A stretch of 13,829 nt of DNA from Fibrobacterales bacterium. GTDB taxonomy: Bacteria > Fibrobacterota > Fibrobacteria > Fibrobacterales > Fibrobacteraceae. The position numbers and the translations under genes were made by a program. Shown here piece after piece: positions 1 through 4,731 of this stretch. The DNA lies in NCBI GenBank assembly GCA_025997455.1, contig BNUP01000053.1, positions 1-13,829 of the forward strand, written 5' to 3'. The notes beneath the pieces are model-generated. The model had not been told where the DNA came from and did not search any database. It saw only the letters and a list, made by a program, of their open reading frames with translations. Position 1 is the first letter of the stretch; every line of letters starts with the position of its first letter.

Positions 1-674
1 GCCGCAGATTTGGCTGCCGCCGCCCGAACTCCCGCCGCGCTTCTGTGATGTCCGTCGGCGATATATACGCACGGAAGAGCAGCGAATGAAATCCGTAAGC
101 GGTCTATCAAGGTTTCTTCGTCGATGAGCCAAACCGTGTGCCCAATTCCGTCTTCGGCGGTGAAGTCGTAAATGGGGGCTTTTTGAATTACCGGTCTGAG
201 GAGTGCGAATTGCCCTTTGTCGCGGTATGTGAGAAAGACGGGTCCGGTTTGTGCATTTGTTGCGGTGATGTGGCGGAGGCGGTCTTCTTCTTTATCTGCA
301 CGGGTGAGTTCGTGTTTTTTTATGATGTTTTTGTTGTAGTCTTCCGCTTTTACGCAGGCTACTAAGCCGTATTGTTCGCGCCCTTGCATTGTTTGGCGAT
401 ACACATAAAAGCAAGGTTTTTCGTCTTGAAAAACTACCCCTTCCTTTTCCATTCGCTTTAAGTTTTGGCGGGCTTGTTCATAGACCTTAGGGTCGTAGGG
501 GTCAGTTCCCGGCAGTTCAATTTCCGCACGGGTGACCCTCAGGTAGGAGTTCGGTTTTCCTTCTGCCATTTCTGCCGCTTCTGTGCGGTTCATAACATCG
601 TAAGGCAGGGATGACACTTCGGCTGCGAGTTCCGATTTGGGTCGCAGGGCACGAAAAGGATGGATTGAAAACAT
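1..674 (-). CDS. DUF1015 family protein; this is the N-terminal ~224 aa, and the gene continues past the window start
   Basis: Manual minus-strand translation from ATG (rc of 672-674) gives MFSIHPFRALRPKSELAAEV...VYIADGHHRSAAG. It has the DUF1015 hallmarks: N-terminal xIxPFxALRP and the ADGHHR motif. The frame stays open to position 1. It is absent from the ORF track only because it has no in-window stop. Confidence 0.75.
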   Translation of the reverse strand, partial: MFSIHPFRALRPKSELAAEVSSLPYDVMNRTEAAEMAEGKPNSYLRVTRAEIELPGTDPYDPKVYEQARQNLKRMEKEGVVFQDEKPCFYVYRQTMQGREQYGLVACVKAEDYNKNIIKKHELTRADKEEDRLRHITATNAQTGPVFLTYRDKGQFALLRPVIQKAPIYDFTAEDGIGHTVWLIDEETLIDRLRISFAALPCVYIADGHHRSAAGVRAAAAKSA

Positions 675-772
675 AATGTGGAATGTAGAAAACTTTGCAG
701 TGCAGGGGGGTATATAGGGTGTGGGGTGTAGGGTGTAGGGTGTGGAAAACTCGGCGGTGCATTTAGGGGAGA
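675..772 (-). promoter_or_regulatory. Shared promoter module for the DUF1015 gene: TGCACCGCCGAG box, C-heptamer array, CTGCACTGCAAAG box, then TTTTCTACATTCC with TACATT 7 nt before the ATG
   Basis: The rc of 675-772 reads ctaaatgcaccgccgagttttccacaccctacaccctacaccccacaccctatatacccccctgcactgcaaagttttctacattccacatt-ATG. This cassette recurs at six other gene starts in this window. Confidence 0.45.
712..752. repeat. GGGTRTG-type heptamer array (G-rich on + strand; upstream of minus-strand DUF1015 gene)
   Basis: ggggggtatatagggtgtggggtgtagggtgtagggtgtgg. There are at least 5 G3+ tracts with 3-6-nt loops, which is a G-quadruplex motif. Confidence 0.9.
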
Positions 773-840
773 AGGGAGAAGGTTGGTGTAGGGGCGTGGG
801 AATAGAGTGTAAAGTTGAAAGTTAAAAGTGTAAAGTTATT

Positions 841-884
841 ATTCTCTACTCTCTACTCTTTACTCTTTACTCTTTACTCTTTTC
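841..884. repeat. (CTCTTTA)n / (TACTCTT)n heptamer array, adjacent to an AGTGTAAAG/GTTGAAAG-type array at 816-840
   Basis: attctctactctctactctttactctttactctttactctttt. Related short arrays occur at 3478-3510 (gagtagagtgtaaagagaagagagtaaagttgaaagtg) and 10060-10090 (cttttcacttttcactttcaacttc). Confidence 0.8.
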
Positions 885-983
885 ACTTTTTTGTGGTGTT
901 CTATCCACACCGCGTTCCCCATACCCCATACCCTACACCCCACAATTTTCTACCTTCCCCCAGTAACTAACTTTGGAGGATTT
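884..983 (+). promoter_or_regulatory. Promoter module for the hemerythrin gene: 22-mer GTTCTATCCACACCGCGTTCCC, C-heptamer array, then TTTTCTACCTTCCCCC (TACCTT 951-956) followed by a 27-nt leader containing GGAGGA
   Basis: The same box order as the other modules, but the ATG is 27 nt downstream of the hexamer and the intervening leader carries a canonical SD. This is consistent with the hexamer being a -10 element rather than part of a ribosome binding site. Confidence 0.4.
917..944. repeat. CCCYACA-type heptamer array (C-rich on + strand; upstream of + strand hemerythrin gene)
   Basis: ccccataccccataccctacaccccaca. Confidence 0.9.
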
Positions 984-1391
984 ATGGCTTTTGGTTGGAC
1001 AGACGAGTTGCTCACGGGTAATTCAATGATAGATGAGCAGCACAAGGTGCTTATAAAGGCGATTGTCGATTTACTGGAAGCGAGTAAATCGGGAAACGGC
1101 TTGAACGAGGTTAAAAAGACCGTTGATTTTTTGGCGGATTACACCAATAAGCATTTTAGGGAAGAAGAGGCGTTGCAACAAAAATACGCTTACCCCGATA
1201 TTGAAAATCACAAAAAACTTCACGCCGCGTTTGTGAAAGTTGTTGAGAAAATCAAGGAGAGAATTAACGCAAACGAGTCTCTGCTCACCATTAGCATCGA
1301 TGTACAGCGGGCGGTTGCGGATTGGTTTGTGAATCACATTCTGCGCGAAGACAAAAAAGTCGCAAAGCATATTCAGGACAAAGCGGCATAA
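984..1391 (+). CDS. bacteriohemerythrin (hemerythrin-like O2/iron-binding protein)
   Basis: The ORF track frame runs 891..1391. I place the start at ATG 984, preceded by GGAGGA at 975-980. MAFGWTDELLTGNSMIDEQHKVLI...HFREEE...HKKLH... matches the bacteriohemerythrin N-terminus (W-x-DEL-x-G-x-IDxQHK) and the His/Glu iron ligand spacing. Confidence 0.85.
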   Translation: MAFGWTDELLTGNSMIDEQHKVLIKAIVDLLEASKSGNGLNEVKKTVDFLADYTNKHFREEEALQQKYAYPDIENHKKLHAAFVKVVEKIKERINANESLLTISIDVQRAVADWFVNHILREDKKVAKHIQDKAA

Positions 1392-1423
1392 GGGAACTTC
1401 TAAAAATTGTTGGAATACCTTCA

Positions 1424-1465
1424 GGTAACCTCTACCAACCTCATAAGAGGTTGGTAGAGGTTACC
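1424..1465. repeat. Perfect 19-bp inverted repeat with a 4-nt loop (GGTAACCTCTACCAACCTC-ATAA-GAGGTTGGTAGAGGTTACC), 33 nt after the hemerythrin stop
   Basis: Read directly. There is no adjacent U-tract on the + strand, so it is either an atypical terminator or RNase/protein target, or a REP-like element. Confidence 0.7.
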
Positions 1466-1539
1466 AAGCGGCATGGGCGAACTGCGTTTTTATGGTGAAA
1501 AAGTGCAGTGAACAAAAACGGTAATGCGGAGAACAAAAT

Positions 1540-1830
1540 ATGGCAAGAGATTATATAAAAAGCACGCGGAAAAGTTTGGATATGGAGTCATTGCAAGACC
1601 TCCGTTTTCCTATGGTTATGGAACTCGGCAAGGCGAAGGTGACCGTTCGCGATATGCTGAATTGGCAAAACGGTTCGGTTATTGAATTGGATAGAGTCGC
1701 AGGCGAAAATGTGGATTTGGAGATTAACAAAAAGGTTATGGCTAAGGGCGAAGTTGTGGTTATGAATAATCATTTGGGCTTTCGCTTGGTGACTCTGCTC
1801 TCTCCGGAAGAACGACTGAAGAGTTTGTAA
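1540..1830 (+). CDS. FliN/SpoA-domain protein (flagellar motor switch / T3SS surface-presentation family), 96 aa
   Basis: ELGKAKVTVRDMLNWQNGSVIELDRVAGENVDLEINKKVMAKGEVVVMNNHLGFRLV is a good match to the FliN C-terminal SpoA domain consensus. A GGAGA lies 9 nt upstream. The stop codon directly abuts the next ATG. Confidence 0.75.
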   Translation: MARDYIKSTRKSLDMESLQDLRFPMVMELGKAKVTVRDMLNWQNGSVIELDRVAGENVDLEINKKVMAKGEVVVMNNHLGFRLVTLLSPEERLKSL

Positions 1831-2907
1831 ATGCCTCAACGCAAATTACACGACCGCTTTCACGAAAGATTTCCCAACATTCCAATTTGGCACGCCCCGC
1901 CCTTTTTAATTCACGCTTCACTTTGGATTTTCATTTATCTTGTGCCGGTGATGCTGATACCGTCAGGTCGTGAAAATGCGTGGCAGTTCCGCTATTGGAC
2001 TACTGTTCCGTTTTTGGCGATTATGCTTTCGTTTTATGTCAATTATTTGTTTTTAATTCCCAAATTTCTTTTCAAAAAAAAATTAGTTATTTATGCACTC
2101 ATAAATATTGCGATGTTTTTTTTGCTGTCGTATCTCGGAGGGCTGTGGCACGAACATGTAGTTTCGCTCGGTTATTTGAAACAGCATCCCGATGATTTAC
2201 TTTCTCCCGGTTTCAAGGTGGTAAAAACTATTCTCGGTTTAATATTTGTTCTCGGAATTGCAATTTCAATTCGCACCACAAGCAAATGGTTTATGATGGA
2301 GAACAGCAGTCAAAAATTGCAATTGGAACACCTGCACAGCGAACTTACAATATTAAAAACACAAATTTCTCCTCATTTTCTTTTTAACACTTTGAATAAT
2401 ATTTTAACGCTCATAGATATAAATTCTGAACTCGCAAAACAGACCGTTCAACGACTTTCAAATCTTTTGCGTTCTATACTTTACGATGCGGAGGCGGATA
2501 GTGTGCCTATAAAACAAGAGGTTGAATTTTTGATAAATTACTCAAATTTAATGCGTTTGAGATACGATGAGAAAAAACTTCACTTCAATTTGGAAACCGA
2601 CCTTGAAGAACCAGATGCGCAAATTGCACCGCTGCTTTTAATTCCGCTTTTGGAAAATGTTTTTAAGCACGGAGTCGGCTCCGACGGTTCTGCGAGTATA
2701 GACATAAAAATTACATCAAAAAAGGGAAAGATAATTTACGAGAGTTCAAATACATATTCCCCTAAAACGCACACCGATAAAAGCGGCAACGGAATAGGTT
2801 TGGCAAATGTGCTCAAGCGACTCGAACTGCTTTACGAGAATCGTTTTTTATATGACAGCAAAATTGCAGGCGGAAATTATATAATCAGGCTGCAGGTGGA
2901 GGTTTAA
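1831..2907 (+). CDS. sensor histidine kinase, LytS/YehU family (His_kinase PF06580 + HATPase_c), with a polytopic N-terminal membrane domain
   Basis: N-terminal hydrophobic helices, then LKTQISPHFLFNTLNNI (the phospho-acceptor His box of LytS-type kinases) and a C-terminal GxGxG ATPase region (SGNGIGLANV). The ATG immediately follows the upstream stop. Confidence 0.85.
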   Translation: MPQRKLHDRFHERFPNIPIWHAPPFLIHASLWIFIYLVPVMLIPSGRENAWQFRYWTTVPFLAIMLSFYVNYLFLIPKFLFKKKLVIYALINIAMFFLLSYLGGLWHEHVVSLGYLKQHPDDLLSPGFKVVKTILGLIFVLGIAISIRTTSKWFMMENSSQKLQLEHLHSELTILKTQISPHFLFNTLNNILTLIDINSELAKQTVQRLSNLLRSILYDAEADSVPIKQEVEFLINYSNLMRLRYDEKKLHFNLETDLEEPDAQIAPLLLIPLLENVFKHGVGSDGSASIDIKITSKKGKIIYESSNTYSPKTHTDKSGNGIGLANVLKRLELLYENRFLYDSKIAGGNYIIRLQVEV

Positions 2908-2941
2908 CGGTTTTTAACGGTTTTTATTACCGCAAATCGCA

Positions 2942-3457
2942 TTACCGCGAGTTCAGGTAGTCTAAAACCTTTTGAGTTATGTCGTTTTCGTTTTTCCAAA
3001 AGAGCACCGCACCTGTTGCTCGGTCTAAAACATAGTCATAGCCTTCACTGAGGGCAATTTCATTTACCGCTTTTTTTATCAAGGCGATTATAGGGGCACT
3101 CACCTTTTCATTTTCACTCAAAAGTTCGCCGTTTCTTCCGTAGATTTTTTCGATAAAATTTTTAAGTTCTGCATCGCGCCGTGCATATTCCGCATCTAAT
3201 TCGCGCTTTTGCTCATCGGAAATCATAAGGGACTGCTTTTCTAAGCGTTCCTTTACAAATGCAAGTTCTTTCTGCAAAAGGTTTGCCTGCTGTTCCCATT
3301 TGGCAACTTGCCTGTCGTATTCCTCTTGTGCTTTTTTTGTGCCTTTGTATCCCTCAAATACGAGTTTTGAATCTATATGCGCAACCCGCATTCCGTCTGC
3401 CGCAAATGAAAAATTAAATGCCAAAGCGATAAAAGCAAAGAAGAAAATCGAACGCAT
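2942..3457 (-). CDS. OmpH/Skp-family periplasmic chaperone
   Basis: 171 aa with a signal peptide (MRSIFFFAFIALAFNFSFA) and a charged coiled-coil body (KKAQEEYDRQVAKWEQQANLLQKEL...) typical of OmpH/Skp. TACCTT-type box 6 nt upstream of the ATG. Confidence 0.8.
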   Translation of the reverse strand: MRSIFFFAFIALAFNFSFAADGMRVAHIDSKLVFEGYKGTKKAQEEYDRQVAKWEQQANLLQKELAFVKERLEKQSLMISDEQKRELDAEYARRDAELKNFIEKIYGRNGELLSENEKVSAPIIALIKKAVNEIALSEGYDYVLDRATGAVLFWKNENDITQKVLDYLNSR

Positions 3458-3545
3458 AAGGGTAAGGTAGTTAATTTAGAGTAGAGTGTAAAGAGAAGAG
3501 AGTAAAGTTGAAAGTGGGGGTATAGGGTGTGGGGTGTGGGGGGAA
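3458..3545 (-). promoter_or_regulatory. Promoter module for the OmpH gene: G-heptamer array, CTCTTTA array, then TTAACTACCTTACCC with TACCTT 6 nt before the ATG
   Basis: The rc reads ...ccccccacaccccacaccctatacccccactttcaactttactctcttctctttacactctactctaaattaactaccttaccctt-ATG. Confidence 0.4.
3516..3544. repeat. GGGTRTG-type heptamer array (upstream of minus-strand OmpH gene)
   Basis: gggggtatagggtgtggggtgtgggggg. Confidence 0.85.
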
Positions 3546-3571
3546 ATGGGAAATTGTAGGGGCAGGTTTTA

Positions 3572-3695
3572 ATAAGCATAGCCGCCCAATTAAAAAAAAA
3601 CGAGATAATCTGTATAAACAATGGCGGCAATAAGTATATCTGCCCTATTAAAAAGAAACCTGAGATAATCTGTATATACAATGGCAGAAAACCTG
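3572..3695. repeat. Two tandem ~61-bp AT-rich units inside copy A, each bounded by 6-bp inverted termini (GCCGCC...GGCGGC ; TCTGCC...GGCAGA)
   Basis: Unit 1 is ...gccgcccAATTAAAAAAAAACGAGATAATCTGTATAAACAATGGcggc. Unit 2 is ...tctgcccTATTAAAAAGAAACCTGAGATAATCTGTATATACAATGGcaga, ~80% identical. Copy B (9944-9994) has a single unit. Confidence 0.8.
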
Positions 3696-3749
3696 CCCTT
3701 AGCAGTGCAGAGTAAATTTAACAAGGGAACGCGGTGTGGATAGAACAAC

Positions 3750-3771
3750 AAAAGCCAAGAGTTTGGCTTTT
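3750..3771. terminator. Perfect 9-bp stem hairpin AAAAGCCAA-GAGT-TTGGCTTTT flanked by an A-run and a T-run (bidirectional terminator-like); a second copy lies at 9853-9874
   Basis: The stem and loop are read directly. A-tracts on the 5' side and T-tracts on the 3' side make it look like an intrinsic terminator on either strand. It lies inside the ~400-bp repeat and is followed by three more hairpins (3779-3794, 3817-3835, 3843-3864). Confidence 0.35.
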
Positions 3772-3865
3772 GTAGAGAGAGTGCTTTAGCACTCGTAAGT
3801 TCAGGTTTTTATATACATTGCAAACTCCTTGCAATTCTAAAAGGGCGGGTTAAAAACCACGCCCC

Positions 3866-3939
3866 TACAATTCCTTTCTCCACACCCCACACCCCACACC
3901 CCAACTTGCACCGCCGAGTGATTTTCTACATTCCCTCCT
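3866..3939 (+). promoter_or_regulatory. Promoter module for the lipoprotein/GT-C operon: C-heptamer array, TTGCACCGCCGAGTG (3906-3920), ATTTTCTACATTCCC (TACATT 3927-3932), 7 nt, then ATG 3940
   Basis: Read directly from the sequence. The -35-like TTGCAC and -10-like TACATT are separated by 16 nt. Confidence 0.45.
3881..3905. repeat. CCCCACA heptamer array (upstream of + strand lipoprotein gene)
   Basis: cacaccccacaccccacaccccaac. Confidence 0.9.
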
Positions 3940-4731
3940 ATGAAAAAACTCCTCTCACTTTTTGCAGTATCTGCGCTTGCCCTTGTGGCTTGCAAAAGCA
4001 CCGGCTCGGTATCGGGCACAGTCATTGACCCATTCACGGGAAAAGCGGTTGAACTCCCAACCGTATATGTAAAGGGAACAACATTCTCTTCGCAAAAAAT
4101 ACCGGGCGGTTTGCCGGACGGAACTTTTAAGTTTGAAGGTATTGAGGAAGGAACTTACACGGTGGAGGCGGGCAAAGGTAAATACTCCAAAGGGCATACG
4201 GAATTTACAATTTCAAAAGATGCCGCTAATGCTAAGGCAGATATTTACATTTACAGTCAGAGCACAGACCCCGGACTTTACCGACCTGTAGAAGGTGCGA
4301 ACGCCGAAAAAATCAGTGCGAGAGCAATTTTCCAGCCGATTTGCAAAGAAACGGGAATTGCATTTAGAACAAAATTCACCGTTGAAAATCCGCAAACAAA
4401 AAAGAAAGATGAAAATGTTTTGCCTGCACCGGTAGATGTTCCGCCAGATGTGACTCTGCTCATTAAAATTGCAACTTCCGTGTCCTCACCGATTGAGGCG
4501 ACCTCCTACCCCATACTCACCGAATCTGCAAAAAAACACGCCGATTGCGATGGTGTAGATCCAAAGGAAACTCTGATCGTCCCGAACCTAAGCAAAGGAA
4601 CGGTGATTCCCTCTGCCTACAAGAGTGAAAATTTATACGAAATTAAAGGTTCATTGCAGAGCGGAAAACAAATTCTTGCGATTAAGCAAGATGGTAAATT
4701 GGTAAATGCCTACTATATAAACGCGAAGTGA
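3940..4731 (+). CDS. lipoprotein with an N-terminal carboxypeptidase-regulatory-like (CarbopepD_reg) beta-sandwich domain
   Basis: Lipobox MKKLLSLFAVSALALVAC. SGTVIDPFTGKAVELPTVYVKGT...DGTFKFEGIEEGTYTV fits CarbopepD_reg_2. Its stop overlaps the next gene's start (GTGA at 4728-4731). Confidence 0.8.
   Translation: MKKLLSLFAVSALALVACKSTGSVSGTVIDPFTGKAVELPTVYVKGTTFSSQKIPGGLPDGTFKFEGIEEGTYTVEAGKGKYSKGHTEFTISKDAANAKADIYIYSQSTDPGLYRPVEGANAEKISARAIFQPICKETGIAFRTKFTVENPQTKKKDENVLPAPVDVPPDVTLLIKIATSVSSPIEATSYPILTESAKKHADCDGVDPKETLIVPNLSKGTVIPSAYKSENLYEIKGSLQSGKQILAIKQDGKLVNAYYINAK

Larger units (their letters stand above)
3478..3939. repeat. Copy A of a ~400-bp intergenic repeat element. It contains a G-heptamer array, two tandem 61-bp AT-rich units, four stem-loops, a C-heptamer array and a promoter module.
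   Basis: Reverse-complementing 9705-10030 reproduces 3541-3912 almost base for base. For example, 3759-3905 is identical to rc(9721-9875), with 1 mismatch in the adjoining box. Copy A has one extra 61-bp unit. Confidence 0.9.

Noticed and set aside
517-762. Track ORFs rich in His-Pro-Thr (517..762 -, 8203..8415 -, 9881..10132 +, 9951..10265 +, 3373..3681 -)
   Set aside because: They are translations of the GGGTGTG/CCCCACA heptamer arrays and promoter modules (PHTLHPT = CCCCACACCCTACACCC). The same pseudo-protein appears wherever the repeat occurs. They overlap real gene starts in other frames and have no start context.
891-983. The TTG start at 891 for the hemerythrin ORF
   Set aside because: The extension (MWCSIHTAFPIPHTLHPT...) is a translation of the heptamer array and promoter boxes. 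ATG 984 has a GGAGGA SD, and hemerythrins begin at the W-x-DE motif.
1071-1370. Antisense or internal ORFs inside annotated genes (1071..1370 -, 1588..1839 -, 1980..2195 +, 3837..4037 -, 3955..4197 -, 4213..4463 -, 4941..5678 region, 6409..6923 -, 7464..8022 +, 8427..8821 +, 8606..8942 -, 8962..9593 region, 10487..11147 -, 11941..12634 region, 13101..13495)
   Set aside because: All are nested in, or antisense to, ORFs with clear homology-like signatures. They have low-complexity or Arg/Cys-rich composition typical of out-of-frame reading, and none has independent support.
2903-2924. Direct 11-bp repeat TAACGGTTTTT x2 straddling the histidine kinase stop
   Set aside because: It is too short and forms no hairpin. 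It is probably incidental; no terminator structure is evident between the convergent kinase and OmpH genes.
3595-3680. A Fur box in the GAGATAATCTGTATAAACAAT units
   Set aside because: Only ~10/19 matches to the GATAATGATAATCATTATC consensus. The GATAAT hexamer alone is insufficient. Kept only as a generic operator hypothesis.
3373-3681. Duplicated small ORF beginning MYIQIISGFFLIGQIYLL in both copies of the 400-bp element (3681 minus strand; 9951 plus strand)
   Set aside because: It lies entirely within the AT-rich 61-bp units plus heptamer arrays of the repeat. Its conservation reflects DNA repeat identity, not protein selection, and it runs into the OmpH and epimerase start regions out of frame.
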